Shown: piece by piece, positions 44,907 to 60,273 of the stretch | How the letters are laid out: each line of letters starts with the position of its first letter | Numbering within the stretch: position 1 is the stretch's first letter | Source: Balanoglossus misakiensis | Lineage: Eukaryota; Animalia; Hemichordata | Direction: 5' to 3' | NCBI GenBank assembly: GCA_040954595.2 | Contig: CM082581.2 | Coordinates: 3,464,699-3,528,698 of the forward strand | DNA: 64,000 bases | Notes under the pieces: model-generated | What the model saw: only the letters and a program-made list of their open reading frames with translations | What the model was told of the DNA's origin: nothing | Databases searched by the model: none | Made by a program: the position numbers and the translations under genes

Positions 44907-46624
44907 TTGAGATTCCTGGCCCTCCATACACTACGAATTTGATTACCGGTACCTTGTAGTGCAAGATTCATTGCCTAGCAACAGCAAAGCCATCTATCAA
45001 CATGCCCATTGTACAGACTTCAAAATTCAGTTTGTGGATTCAATTTGTCTTTGATCAGAGATTGTTGGTAGCAATTTTGAATACACCATTAGTTCCAATC
45101 TGTATCATGCATAATTAGTTCAACCTTTCATATGGTTTGACACTGACACAAAAATAGCTCACAGCATTTGGACCAGTGGTTTCAGAAGACAAGTGTTGAC
45201 AGATTGCCAGACAATCACTCTATCTGATGAGCTCCATGTTGCTGACCAACAGAGCTAAAATTTAAAAACTGAAGAAATTCATTTGGGGAAAATAAGCTTT
45301 GGGGAGGGGGGGGGGGCAGTGAAAGTCATTCTGAAATGGAATGTTGACAGAACTGGCATTAGAAACAAATACATCGACTTGTAAATGATGACATTAGAAA
45401 AAAAAAAGCTCACTACTTAACACCAGACTATAACACATATTTTGCATTACAGCTATGTGAAATTGAATCCAGACAATCTTTCTAGGGTTGCAGTGGGAAG
45501 AGACATCAGTCTTTTGAGACAGTTGGGGGAACATTGTGATCCATTATTTGGGAACTGTGGCAAGGCTGGTCACTCTTGATGGACAAGGTCAAATACCTGA
45601 CATTGAGACATTGAAGGTTTCATTGGTGATGAAGAGAAGTTAGCCACTTCCATCAATGGTCAAGCAATAGTGCAACTACTACCTTCAGGAGTGGTGACCA
45701 TTACTACATCCCCTCCACCTTAAAAGCTATGGTATCTCCCTGATTTCCAGAAAAAAATAGATTTAGCCTGTATCTTTTGTGTTTGAGGACGAAAACCTGA
45801 ACACAGTTTTAAAGCTGCGAGAAGTTCCATATGAATGCATATTTTCGAAGATGATCAACATCTTACTCAGTGGAGTCGAGCTAGGGAGACTTACGTTTAT
45901 ATTTGCTTAAATTTCCATCACAATGCCAATGTGTAAAGGACACCAATGTAACTGTATGCTTATTTGCATTTGCTTATGGCAAATGAACTGAATTCCCAGC
46001 AAATTGAAGTGATTGATCCCGAGGGAGTAACAAGTGAAGTTTTAGTCTGTTACTTTGGACCTAGTCTCCAGTTGACTCAGTATGCACATATTTATTAGCA
46101 ATATCTTATAAAGTATGCCCCACACTTCAAGAGGTTGTAACATTAAACTGTAACACTTTAATTTTGCGACACTTAAGCTTGAGGCAATGGCAACAATAAA
46201 GTATTTAATGCCCCCATTTTCTGACATTTGTTTCTTGTACACAACTGATCCTAACAACTCTGAAGTTTTCATTTTCTGTTCACTGTAACACATATGACAG
46301 CATGTGGTGACATTTTGCTTTCGTACGATGGGGTTGCTTTCTGTCCTTGTCAATACAAAATCAACACAGAAGAATCTTCAAGCAGTTGAAACTGTTTTGA
46401 TTTACACGGACCCTCAACTTCCAGTATCCAGACCCATTCATCTGTCAAGTGTGCGTGGTGCGTGGACTCAGTAGGGCCTATATATGGCCAAGCCAGCGAG
46501 ATTTGGTACAATACGCCAATGTCTGTAAATGAGCCATGCCAAGATAGGACTGCAAAGAGACTCAATACCTCGTTTAAACCACTTGCCAAGGGTGCCCCAT
46601 GTAACACCCCTGGCAGGAAGAGAG

Positions 46625-49600
46625 TTAATGAGCTGCTGTAGCGCTTGCTGTAGACTGATCTAAGTTGATGATTGCCCCGGATCGAATCTCCATATGGCCG
46701 TTTCTTTGATGTCCATATTCAAACTTGATTCTCAATTCTCCAATCTTGGACTTGGGTAGAATATCTGGAATCCACTCTATCACTAGAGGTGTTGGCTCCT
46801 TCTGATCTGGTGCAGTGTTACCTTTAATCAAAGAGAAGTAGTATCAGATGATTCACAAAATACTATAGACAGTATAGACGAAGGCTTGAAGTGAGTGATA
46901 CCTAAGCAAATGTCTACAGAAACTGAGTTATGATACGGTAAATTACTTTGGGGCTCTGGTCTGGTTGTTCTTGGCCTAAAGTTAGATAATCCTGGCAACT
47001 TACCCACTTTGAGGTAGGTCTTCAATTCAAATGGTTTGATTGGTGGTTGACCTTCACTCTTTCTATACGCTTCAGCTATTGTTTCCACTTGGACTTTAGG
47101 CACATTGAACTCAGAGAATGAACCATCTCGATTCTCCACAAAGCTGCGTGTTATTTCCAGTGGCATCTACGAGTAGAAAGTCAATTATAACATCGTTAAA
47201 TAGTTTTCTGTATAAAGGTATTGCCATGGTAATACCTGGCAAAAGCAAGTTTGTGATCTAGTATCCAAAAGTGACTCTTAACAACGAGAGATGCCCCATA
47301 TACTTGTAAGGCCCCAGTCATCACCCACAGAGACTGATAAAACTTACATCAGGAGTGTCAAAGATCTGCTTCACATGGATAATGTTGTTTATATGCCACG
47401 TGTACTTGGAGAATGTTCCCAGTGGTAGTGCATCTTTCCTGATAAATGCCGTTGTTGAGTTTGGTAGTCGCTTTTTCTTGCTACCAGTTGATATCCTTTG
47501 TTGTAACATGTCAAAGAACTTCTGGGGAACATGGAATACCAGTGGTTCAGGATTACCTGCAATGTACAGCCAGATTAACAGGAAGGGTTTATGGGCAGTA
47601 GGCAAAGAGGTTGACAAATAACTAATACCAGGTTCACACAGGGTAAAATCCGAAACGTTTCTGCAACAATATTGTAAACACAGAGCATTAATCCTTTGAA
47701 GACTTGTTCTCACTAAAAGTTTCGACACCAGTGCTACATGTATGCCAGTGTTTACTCTCTGCAAACACAGGGGATAAGCCCACAGAATCTCCGTGCGTCC
47801 ACACACTAAACTTTTGGACACTGTTTTGAAATAAACACCGTCTAAATGGTCATGTTTAGCAACACGGCAACTAACAAAATTGAGGACGTCGAGGACATTA
47901 CAGCAACATGTTTTAGTTTCTATACCTGCATATGCGTTCTAGATGACTTTGTGACAGTTTTGATAATGTTTAGAAGTAAATGAATGTTAATCCATAAATG
48001 GAAAATGCCTCAGCTTTTCGGTGATCAAGAGAACCTTCTGAAAGTTGGTAGCAGACTGAAGTGTTGCAGACCTGGCAAACTGCGAATGGTTTGAAAACCA
48101 CTCGCGTCCAGTGTGATTGACTTCACAATGGAAACTGACCAAAGACAATGGGCTATACCTAATAAACATACACAAGTCACTGCAGGGTGGCGCTTTTGAA
48201 CGGTGTTTGTTTATCTTTGCGTTCTCACTGACTATTTGCGTCGGAGCGCTGGCCCAGCACTGGCCCTGACCCACCACCCATCGCCGTCGCAAATTAACAC
48301 CGGCACAGCACCGGTGTAAAGCGTTCTCACTTGTTTTTTTCCGTCAGTGTCAAATCTACACCGGTGTAGCACCGGTGTAAACGTGCCAGTGTCAATGCCC
48401 TTTGAGTTGCTTGTGTTCACACACACAAAGTTTACGTATAGGCGCTGAGGCTTGGCCCCATAGACAATGAGTTGCAGAGAGGTGTTAATCCTTGCACTGG
48501 TTCAGGTCTGACCGGCAAAGCCGTCTCAAATCTGAGACGTTTCAGGACCACTTAAACCATTCAAACATGATAATTTATGCCAGTATTTCATCTGAGATTT
48601 TTCAGAACCGTCTTGATGGTCCCTGTGTGACCCCCATATGAGAGGATACTTTATTTAACAGTAATACTGCACAGAAGATGGGAGGTGTAAACATTCAATT
48701 ATCTGGACTCTGAGACTTACAGGTTTGAGTATGCAAACATTTGGGATATGCAAACCAAGAGGTTAGGGTCAACTTTTGGTAAATTTTATATTTACAAAAG
48801 GGAACATTTGCAGTAAATGTTGCCTTGTGTCCAAATGTGTACATACTAATTCCACAGACCTGATTATTCCCAATCAACTCACCATCAAACTGATAATGCA
48901 TAGTCTGATTAATCCGTTCAGTGACACTTCCCAACCATTCATTAAAACACAGAGTGCTTTCCTGGTCATCTGGCACACCTGGTTTCTTCGTTCCAGATGG
49001 CAAACTGATGGTGCCACTAAACTTCTTGATGGGACTCTTCTTGCTTGTTGTGTTGGCACTATCCTGCAGGGTCAGTAGGGCACTACTGGCTTGAACTACA
49101 TTTAATATCAAAACATTTGCAAGAAAAAGAAACTTAATGGTGCACAGACATTTTTAGAAAAAAGGGTAAATAAATGTCCCAATAGAAGTAATATGGCTAT
49201 AATACAATCAGCCCTCATTTCTGCATGTTACAAAACTTCTGTGTAACAACCTACTGTAAACTCAAACAATGATTACATGAAGGAATGAATGTTGGACAGG
49301 TTAACTGTATGTCCCTATTTAACGAATGGCATGAGGCCCATCTACATGTAGGATTTCCCTTGGACAGAATCTACATGGACATAACATCTACAACTTGGAA
49401 AACACAGTAAACCGTCCATCCAAACTGTCAGCCAGACACATGAGCACCAATAATGCCCTAAAGAGATGTGAATGACTACGATGATTTGAAACAGTCATGA
49501 CAGCTGTCAATCTCAATCTTTGTCCGGACATAGAAGTTACAAGAAGGTTTGTACATGAACTGGATAGGGTAAATGTGTGAAACCAGTTTTAATACACTGC

Positions 49601-51919
49601 TGTGAAACCACAGGCAATGCTTTCTTTCAACAAGATATGCAAATGAAAAGAAACAAAACAGCAAAGACTAAGAGGTCAACCGCTTCACTGCCACGTACCT
49701 AAGGAGTCATCTCTTTTCCTCTTCTTTCCCACCTTGGGACTTTCTATAGTTTCAACAATAGTAGTTGTCCCGTCTTGTGTGTCTGTATAAACAGTCATGA
49801 TCTGCCTTTCTGGTGTTGCAGCTGCCACTTTAACCAAATAATACAAGATTTTAGATCGTGGAATTTGGGTGAATAACCAAAGAAAACAAATGTACACAAA
49901 ATCAAACATCTAGGAGACATCTAGGTGTAGAGACTTGACCATACCAGTTGCCTCTTTTGATATCGCGAAAATTTCCTGTCGCGAAAATAACCTGTTTTAC
50001 AGTAAATTCCTAGAAAAATGGTACCAATAACCATTAACAATTTTACAGTCACATGACCTATGCACCTTCTTACATTGACACAATATGGGAGATGTTGCAA
50101 GTTTTAATTAAAGACTTTCCCCGGCACCAGTTATTTTAATTACCCAAGTCTTAATTACTTAATTATCGCCCAATACTAGTGCAGTCCGGTTTACTCTGTC
50201 TAAGTAACTATGGGAATCCATTACAGATTGCAACAAATCCAGACTTGGTAGTTAAGTGCGGTAAAACCCATGATAGCTTCCTGTGTATTTCTATGTTTGC
50301 CACGTACAATGTATAACTTTCAATTCTGACTTTTCAGATTGTGATTGCAGATATGCCATCAGCATCAGATAACAATTATACCTGCCATACAACACGATGA
50401 CCTCAGCACTTTTAGCCCATGAAGCCTGGCACCTTTCCACCACTATTTTGTGCATTTTTGCAAAACTCGCACAAGTTATACATGGTGAAAATAGTTTTTC
50501 TCAAATAACTAAACCCAAGGCTACATGTAGCAGTAGTAGTAAGTACATACGTAAAAATCAGCCTTGCTGAACTTCCTCTGTAATTACATTTGTATGTAAA
50601 ACTGTCATTGCATTTGTTCCATACTGTTCATATAGCTCAAAGGAAATAGTTGATAGGACTCAACAGCAAAGTTTTGCTTGATATTGCACAGTGGGTTTAT
50701 ACTCTCGATTACCCAGACCCCTCTGCTTCTTCTGATGTGCTCCAGAAAATGGTCTGGGGAAATACTATAGAACAATTTGTAAATTTTAGTCGAGTTGCAT
50801 ACTGACAGATTAACCAATCAGCGGCTGATCGAAATCCTGGCAGTGGCCATTTTGTTTTAAAAAATCGTTCTATAGTATTTCCCCAGACCCTTTTCTGGAA
50901 CACAGCAGAAGAAGCAGAGGGGTCTGGGTAACCGAGACTAAGTGGGTTTATTGACCTTTTAGCTCCTCACCATCAGGATCAATTGTGTCACTTCAAATTA
51001 TGGCAACATTGGTATTGAGATAAGCATATGAAAGAAAATAATTATATTATAATCAGAAATATCTGTTCGTATAACACTGACCTTGCTGCACATGAGCATC
51101 TAAATTGATGTAGTAGTTGAATTCTTCAGACAATTTATCATCACTCGCAAAAGCACAAATGCACGCATAGAAATGCACACATCGCCTTTTATGTTCTTCA
51201 ATATGTCCAATGGTTTTCAAGTTCTTGAAGGCTCTGCACGTACAATGGAATTTTCTCTCTATCACACCGCCTTTCTTTGTGTTCTCACTGAACGAGAAAT
51301 GTAGGAATCCAAGCGGTTGCTTTGGATTTGTCTTGCACTTGACAACCATGATGTTCTTGGTTACTCTTTGCACCAATGGTCCCGTGGTTTCTGTTGCCAG
51401 CAACCAGATGGCCTGTTTGACTTCATTGGAAACTGGCAGGGAGTTCAGAACAGAATTCTTCAGTGTCAAAGGCACCGCATCCTGACCGCATTGCAGTGCG
51501 AGTTTGATGTGGTTGCAAGGTGTTTGAACAACTCCCCCCTGCGATCCCGGTCGCAAACACGCATCCACAAAACATCTTCCTGTCTGTCCAAGAACTGAGC
51601 TGTCAACTGTCGACGGCTGGCCAGCTTGCAACTCTGGGGAGAGTGGCAACTGGACAAAACCCCGATAGTCTGGCCCTCTATCTCGAAGTCGCACAGAAAA
51701 TACTTGTACTGTTGATCCGGTGATAATCTTAACAGCGTCTGCACTATGTCCACCTCTGCGTTGTCTGTCCTTGAAAACTGCATTGCACGCTTTATTTTTA
51801 CAACTGAGACCTCTGGTGCCATTATAGGTGCCACACTTTGGGCATTTCTTAACACCTCGCATAGTAGGCCTGCCAAGGTCTTCAAAAGTTATCTTCGGTT
51901 TTTCAGGAGCAGCCATCAT
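46625..51919 (-). CDS. C2orf42: C2orf42-like protein (N-terminal treble-clef zinc finger)
   Basis: Exons 51919-51082, 49827-49699, 49095-48883, 47556-47348, 47166-47004, 46821-46625; total 1749 nt (582 aa). Motifs [119 protein letters not shown] match recalled C2orf42. Confidence 0.92.
50700..50940. mobile_element. Non-autonomous element with TA(G/C)...CTA ends, ~75-bp TIRs and 10-bp TSD (AcademH-like)
   Basis: agtgggttta|TACTCTCGATTACCCAGACCCCTCTGCTTCTTCTG ... CAGAAGAAGCAGAGGGGTCTGGGTAACCGAGACTA|agtgggttta. Confidence 0.85.
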
Positions 51920-53059
51920 TTTGAATTTATTTCAAAGGAACCTACATGCATACATCACCTGTAAAGTAAAACAGAGAACTGGTTATTTAATAAAGAGAGT
52001 ATAATGCATGTTTTGGAAAGACTTTCTCGGTATAATTCAGGTGTATACACTGCAGTACTGTATAAACTGGCATATACCAGTACATTAACTGCACCATTTC
52101 AACCATAATTCGCATGGTGCACTGTTTTGAATTTTGTGTTGGCATTTTGGGCGTGTTTTTACCACAGGGCCTAAAAAAAACACCCAGTTTAGAGTACACA
52201 AAATTATGTTACATATCTGCAGTGTTTCAACTAGATGGTGGGATGGGGATATTCACCCCCTGTTGCCATGTAGGCACCCCATAGCAATTTGTCAATGGGT
52301 GACCAGTGCCCCTTAAAATAATGTCACTCACATGTTGGAGATATTACATTCCCCACTGCCCAAAGAGTCGAATCGCCCCAAAATATTCTGACAAAAAGGG
52401 GACATATCCCCCACCCCACCATGTTGACGTCATCCTGGATGGAAAACTGATTCAAGTGTTTTCTGGTGCCTGGTAACCCCCCCCCCCCCCCTCTCTCTCA
52501 CACACACATTGTTTTGATGTGGCTGAATATTACCAATGGTCGAGGGCATATTCCTTGCTGCGGATCCGTAGCTCTATAACTCAAGGAATCGGTTATATTC
52601 GTTGGGAGAGTTTTAGATCTGCGGCACCACACTCCACAGCAAACACACCCGTAGCACCGAACTCCCAGCATTTCATGCATGTACTCTCTCAATGCATTTG
52701 TGTGAAGCTGCGAGTTCGGGCTGTAGGGATTAGGAGTGTGACCAGTTCAGAAATTCCGTCTTCTTAACTGTACTTTCGAAAATGTGGGATTAAATTACAG
52801 AAAATGGATACACACACGCACGTGACTATCCGCAAGATATTTCAAAGTACATGTATCGTCCACTGTCCAAGTGACAAACAAAATTGTATGGATTCAATCA
52901 TTGAATTCACAGTGTGTACATGTACTCCCTTGCCGGTCTAATTACATATTTCAGTATACGATACAATTACTTTCCGCATACAAACAGGAATAACATCCCC
53001 ATATCACTGTTTAACTATGGAACATCAATGTTTCTAAATATGATCAGTGGGCGTTTTAC

Positions 53060-54035
53060 CTTACAGTTCTTCGAAGGAAACGGTCGCTTTTACAATGTTG
53101 AGCCGTAGAAGCCCGCCATATTGGTCAAGTAAGAGAAAACAACAACGCGAAGTAGCCGCAGTGTGATTGGTCTATATTGGTCACATGGACTGGATTTTCA
53201 AAACGATGGTAATCATTGGGTAACGACATTTTTTTATTTTGACCATAGATGGCGCTAGATCCTCAGGACCTTCGCTGAACACTGCGTCTCACGTGACTTG
53301 GCAAAAAGACGTGTTTGTCACCGAGGCAGGGTACCAGCCAACTCAGGACCGAGCTTTGCAGAAAATTTTCCCATGAAAATCGTAGAGTTACCACGATGTC
53401 AAGAACAATTCATCGCAAACAGGAAACGAAAATTTCAACTATAACGCTTATTTCGTGAAAATGGTCTTATTTTGAATGCATTGCCCTCTGAGCTCCATCC
53501 ATCTTCTCCCCCACCGGTACCCCAGCTCACCCATCCGCAATCCGCATACAGCTACCTCCCTATCATCAGATCCCAGGTGTTTTTTACTTCCTCAAATTAT
53601 ATGAATATTTTTTCTGGTAGACAATTTTACGTATTAGGCCAATATATTGCTGGTGTAATATCAGTACGTCCAGTATCTATAAGTTTCACTGGTGACATCA
53701 AATTCAATTAGTCTAATATGGCCTTTTGCTCTTTTTCAAAAGTGAAAATCTTAGAAGAAAAAGTGAAAATCTTAGAAGAAAATAACAAACATAATGTAGT
53801 AATCACCCGGTATATTTCTCGACGTCATGACCTTATAGTAGGCCGTACAAATAGTCATATTCAGAGAGAAAATGACAAAACAGCCCGAAACTACACAATG
53901 TCGATGTATCAGCACAGGGAACTCAGGCTCATAGATGCTCATAGCATCTTCAGTGCTAGTACATGCGTGCATGTTTGCCCTGAAATGACCTTTCACCTTT
54001 GTTCCACGTCGTCGATAGCAGAAGGTACACACATC
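53060..54035. promoter_or_regulatory. Divergent promoter region of C2orf42-like and PRDX3
   Basis: Probable C2orf42 5' UTR exon donor at 53059-53058; CpG-enriched; YY1-like CGCCATATT (~53114), ATTGG/CCAAT boxes (~53166-53180), E-box TCACGTGA (~53289); PRDX3 ATG at 54036. Confidence 0.55.
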
Positions 54036-57000
54036 ATGGCGTCTCTATCAAGTTGTCTTCGCTTCGGTGTAAGTTCTGTGCTACATTTTAAACTATAACT
54101 CCAATCTAGTCTTATGATATATAAGGCTTATTTTGTCGGAAGAAAGTTTTGATCACGGTGCGGTTGTGTGGGTTTATACGAATGTAATATATTTGCGATG
54201 TGTGTACATCAATGCTTACACTGTTACAGGTACAAACGCTGGGAAGGACTCGATGTCTGACCCTCCCCTGCACTCGGGCACGTGTGGCCAGTTTTGCAGC
54301 CAACAGGCTCTTCAGTACTGGTAAGTGTCACAGTAAATTGCTTCAGGTCAGTGCCATGCACGAACCTACCTCTCCCATTGCATCTAATACAGAGCAAAAT
54401 GAGAAGTAGGTCAATGACCTACAGTAAAATAAGGAAGTAAGTCAATGTATGTACATATATTAAATTCCTTATATTCTTAGCTGCAATGATTGTAGCGGGT
54501 GCTGCCAGGTTGAGTGGTGTATTCGCAGCCCTACACACCAGTCAACCTAGCAGCCCCCGCTACAATCATTGCAGCTATTATATTCCCACCACTGCTTGGC
54601 GAATAGCCACTTCCTTATCATATATATAAAGACATGTTCAGGAATTAGTCACAAGTGATGCTTTGCAGTAAAAATGAAAAAAAAAAAACATGTATGAGCA
54701 TGTATGCATATGCCAGTATTGGTATGAATATTGTAACATGGCCCATACTTATAGTCAAATACTGGATGTACATTTTGGAATTTTATTGCAATTTTTGGAG
54801 CCAATCTCTCTGCCAGTTCCCTCTATTGTGGCATATGTACTGAAGATTATTCTGTAGTTCACCGTAACCATGCATGGTATATTGCCTCTCATCAATGTGA
54901 GCATGAAGAAAAATAGTCCCTTTCAAAATCCAATTTTACGGAGCATTTGTTGAATGGACAATTGACTAACAAATTCCATTTTATGCTTGCTTATAGTTTT
55001 TCTCTCACTGTTATCAAATATTTACAATAACTCTCATGGGCATGTATAACAGGTCAAAACTTACATATAGAGTGAATTTAGAGTATCATGCCATGAAATA
55101 ACTGCAAATTAGTCGCATGTCCATCTGATAATTTTTATGGTATTTCATTGCATTTTATGCAAATGAGTAAAACAAGTAGGACTAAAGTTCTGTTTATAGT
55201 CATCAGACACCAAGAACGCTTGAGCTGAGTTATGATTGCCGAAACGTGGGGATTTTTCAACATTCTAGCAAGTCATTGTATTATCATTCCCAACTATTGT
55301 CAGAATAACAAAACAATTAGTTGTGAAGTATATTTGGGAAATTCAAAAATTACAAAAATCTGGCTATTGCCAGTGTTCTCAAATATTGCTGATGACAGAT
55401 GTGATCTTGAGACCTGAGCTAAACCACTGATGAAATGACCTGACATGACCCTACTGTGCATAACAAAGGTGTAATTTTGTCCAATGAACGGCTGTCTCTG
55501 AGTTGCATTGTCTCTCCAGCATCACTGTACTGAAAATCAAAACGCCACAATCAAAACTTCCATTTTCATTAAATCTGAGGAAACATATTCAATAATAACA
55601 CTTTTACAGAACTTCATGACCACTGCACTTGACCTGTGCCGTACAGAACTTATTTTCACTTGTGAACATGTGAACAATTTCAGCCAATAACACCTGCCCT
55701 TACTCGAACAGTCATTTTGCAGCCAAAACTGCTTCATTTATATTACGGTGTACGCATGATTGAGATCAATGAGATAGTGACCAGCATTTTCCTGAAATTC
55801 CTCCAAATGCAAGTTTTAGTTGTCTGGGGCCTGTAGACTACTGTTAATTTGATCCCTTAATCCCCAAATGAGATTATGATATTGTACTACACCTGGTAGT
55901 TAGTAGAATTGAATAGTAAAGGTGTACTTGATTTATTTTATTGTACAAGAAGCAGGGTAATGATCCTTTTTCTTTGTATTTTGCCAGGTAATGCCATGTT
56001 TGCTGTGGATATCCAGAAACCAGCTCCTAATTTTGAGGGTATGGCAGTGGTTGATGGTCAGTTTAAAACGATCAAATTATCAGACTTCAAGGGCCAGTAT
56101 CTAGTCTTCTTCTTCTACCCATTGGACTTGTAAGTATGAATTCTGGCAAAAGATAAACATACCATTCAGTAGAAGTGAGGGGGATTAATTTATGGATACA
56201 AAATATGCCAACAAAATGGTGATTTGATAGAAAATACATACTGTAAGTGACCAGGGTATGATCTTTTGATGTGATTTTAATTTTTGCTTGAGAAATATTA
56301 AAGGGAAGGGGTTGTCGCGCTGCGTGGGTGTCCCCCCTGATGAGAATATGTCCTTTAAAGTGTGAAGCTTCATTTTTAAAGATGCATTGGCTAAAATATT
56401 TCTATGGCTGTTATTTCTCCGCAGCACATTTGTGTGTCCCACTGAAATCATTGCCTTCAGTGATCGCGCCAAGGAGTTCTCAGATATCAACACTGCTGTT
56501 GTTGGTGCCAGTGTGGATTCGCACTTTTCACATCTTGCTTGGATTAACACACCCAGAAAGGTACAATATATTTCAAGTGTAATGTTCAACAAATCACTGT
56601 GATCACAGTCTGACCTTAAAGTTTGGGTGTTTATCGAAGGAGAAATCTCTGGAAATCTTTGTTGCTAAAACTAATGATCTTGTTTATTGAGCCAATGGAC
56701 TCCTCTATTGTTTGTACTTCTTTAGTGAGATGTTATCGATGGAAACTACTTTTGACCAGCAATTTTTATGGATTATAGAAATGCATATATTTTATAACCT
56801 TTTGGGACTTGAACTTTATAAATTTAAATTAATTATTAGAAATGTGATTTTATCATCAGCAAGACAGGTGTGTCAACAATGAAGTATTTCAATACTTCTT
56901 TACAAGAATTATTGATGATTTCGGAAAAAAGTACACAAATGTCATCATACAAATTGTAGTTCTTTTTTAAATGTTTGTCTTAATAATTTCCAATAATCTT

Positions 57001-57986
57001 GAGAAAAACCCCAATAGAAATTATAATAGGAAACATTCAAATGAGATATAATGGTAATTCCCATTTTGTGATTTGTTATCAGCAAGGAGGTCTTGGTAAT
57101 ATGAATATCCCGCTGTTATCGGACTTCAACAAAACAATCTCAGCTGACTATGATGTCCTCATCGATGCTGGTGTGGCATTAAGGTTAGTATTAGAGGGTT
57201 CTTGGCTCTAAAATAGCTACTATTTTATAGTTCAGTGTACATGATATGTAAATTGAATGACAACGTTACTGTGCTTTTCTTCAGAGGACTATTCATCATC
57301 GACAAAGAAGGCATCGTACGACACAAGAGCGTCAATGATCTCCCTGTAGGGCGATCAGTGGATGAGGTGTTGCGTCTTGTCAAAGCGTTCCAATTTGTGG
57401 AGAAACATGGAGAGGTCTGCCCTGCTGGATGGACACCAGGTTCAGACTCGGTACGTCACATTTTCTTGTTACATTATGATGCACTATGCACCTTCAAGCA
57501 AGCGATTCAAAAACGAGGCCAGTAAGCCACAGAGTAGTGCTCGATCTCGTCTGGTTTGTTCTATATAAGATACAATTTGCGTGTAAAAATTATATATCAT
57601 TAAAATGTGGCTGGCGAACATCTTTCCCAACTATAACGACAATACGCAAGACGGTAACAATTTTACTCCGTGGCTTACTTGACTCGTTTTTGCATCATCT
57701 TGGAAGGGCGCCCTCTTTATGGAAAAGGCGTATTAGGAAAGGTTCAGAACTTGTACACTGTCACTGGTTCATCCAGAAAACTGTCTAGATCACCTCTCTC
57801 TTCTGAAGCATTTGGATTAATATACTTATATGTATACATATAGGTATAAGTGATAGGGCTATTACATACACTATGCTGTGAAGAGAATTGAAATATTTAC
57901 TTCTTTGTGTACTTTTGTTTTTTTCCCCTCAGATGAAAGCTGACCCTGAAGGTTCCAAGGAGTATTTTGAGAAAGTCAATGAATAA
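54036..57986 (+). CDS. PRDX3: Typical 2-Cys peroxiredoxin, mitochondrial (PRDX3-like)
   Basis: Exons 54036-54068, 54230-54320, 55988-56129, 56425-56560, 57083-57183, 57285-57450, 57933-57986; total 723 nt (240 aa). Arg-rich acid-free presequence, [15 protein letters not shown] (peroxidatic Cys), [13 protein letters not shown] (resolving Cys), SKEYF. Confidence 0.95.
54478..54577. mobile_element. 100-bp TAG...CTA hairpin MITE, ~9-bp TSD
   Basis: ttatattct|TAGCTGCAATGATTGTAGCGG ... CCGCTACAATCATTGCAGCTA|ttatattcc; related single end at 26618. Confidence 0.8.
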
Positions 57987-60273
57987 ATTCACATATTTTA
58001 TGTTGTCAGAAAGGGCAAATGTTTTAGACTATATGAGTACTGTGTGACAAATACAATAATGATGACCCCACATCCATGATAGATTTTGTATACTTTTCAA
58101 CTTATATAATGTTTTTTGAACTTCCCATGTTAGTAACGGGTCTGGCAAACAATTATTAAGTAACTTTTCCATACAAAAATGTAGTCGTTGCTTGATTTTG
58201 CCTCATAACAAACGGTCAGATAGTTAGCTTGTAGTGACTGGCAATGTGGGTATTCTGCTGAATTATGCATGGTATTTGGTAAAATTGGAGTAAAGTAAAA
58301 TTATACTCATGAAAGAAAGCTGGGCCTCATTTTTGTGGAGTGGAAATAGAGAGCTGTAGTTCGCGAAAAATGGTTGAAATCGGGTGAAGAGGTTGTAAAT
58401 CATGTGAGCTATACATGGGTGGTCATTATTATGATTGTAAGTGCAAGCATTGCTTTCTGTTAATTCTTGCCTGATAAACAAGAATGACACAATAAATGAT
58501 GTGTTGATACCAATTAATATGGCCTCCAGTGTTGACTCTTGTCAAAGTGGCAGTCATCCTGTTTGCTGGCTGTGGAAACACAGCTATTTGGTGGTGGGGA
58601 AAACAGTATACCCTTTCATCCCCCACTCTAAATAGCTGTGTTCCTACAGCTACTGGTTTGCATGTACATACACCAAACAAACCACAAACTTTTGCAGCTG
58701 CATTCCTTGCAACAAATCAAAGTGTATCCACAAATAATTTAGTGTATTTTGCAGATCTGGCAAATGTAATTTCTATCAGCTCTTTTCGCCATTTCCTTAG
58801 TGTGGAACCCTTTTTCTTTCTTGGAAAAGGGTGATTACTAGTGTTTCCACATAAATGTTTATGTCATTACCCAGAATACATTGCAAAATGTACCTCTGAT
58901 ATCATCAGTTAGATAGCCAATCAAGTTGTTTGGTGATCGAATGTCATGCATTTAGCATAAGATCAAGAAGCCTGCTGTTGAATGTTTTTTCTCACAGAGT
59001 TCAAAAAGGGGCAGTTTGGCAAAAATTCAATAGCTGGAACTTTGCCTTTGCTTTCAAATGCTTGTTTCCTGTATGTTCTGTTACCTAACATGGAGAAAGC
59101 CTAAATCTTCTGAAGTATATTAAAAAACACACGCACACACAAATGGGATCCTTCTTACAAATTTATTCCAACTTCTATAAAATAGGCATAGAACACACAG
59201 ATTCCCAAATACAAGGCTATCATTGTAAAACAGTATGAAGAAACCCTTTGATATATCGACCTGATTTTCCTGAAAAGATTCTGTGAATCTTTGAATTTGC
59301 CACCCTTGATGTGTTCAGTCAGATTGAATGCTGTAAATGACTGTTGTATGACACCAGGATATCCACAAGCTTTGACCATATACCAAATGGGACCTACAAA
59401 AACACAATCTTTGCAGCAGAGGTACATATATACCCCTTTTATTAAAATGGGTAGCTTGATTGCAAAATTTCTTCAATACTATGTTGAACTTTTATCTACT
59501 ATATTTGTAAAATAATTAAATTTTAAACTACAAAGAAGTGTGTTAAGAGGTTTTTGTGGAAAATTTCACATAGTTTGCTGCTCGAAGGTCAAACTTGACA
59601 AATGAATAATATGAAAATGACCATAATGCAGGAGTCGGTATAACAATTAACAGATTTACAAGAATGTTTAAACAGAACGGGATTGGTTTCTGTTGTAGTA
59701 TGGCTTTCTTGATAGGTGTCTGTGACCTGGTGATCACGTCTCACACTCAAAAGTGGCATCAAAATATAATGTCCTTTAAAATCACATCAAATGTTCTGAA
59801 TGGACGGAATGAGGAAAGAAATGCACATTTAGCTTTAGAGAGAGACATAAAACATGACAATTAATTTTTTGGCAAAATATCTTAAGTTATTATATATACT
59901 AAATTATGCATGTATACAACATATTTCATGAATCACACATATACAAATACATATGTAAACGATTCAAAGACACACAAAATTTAGACTATCAAAGTAACAC
60001 ACAAATTTATAAAACGTGACTTTACAGCTTGTGTTCATTTGTATATAAATAGACTACTTCCACTAAACAATGAATTTCACACAATATCTGGTTGTATTGT
60101 TCACTGTAGCCATCACGTATCAACATGAACAGAAATTTTACTCATAAGGTTTTTCACTTTCACACTTACAATATCCGATTAATTTTTGCGTAAATGTTGT
60201 ATTGAAATGTAAAAGACCTATCACGAAAAGTAACAAACCGACACAAATGCGAAGAAAGTTACAAAACTGTTCA

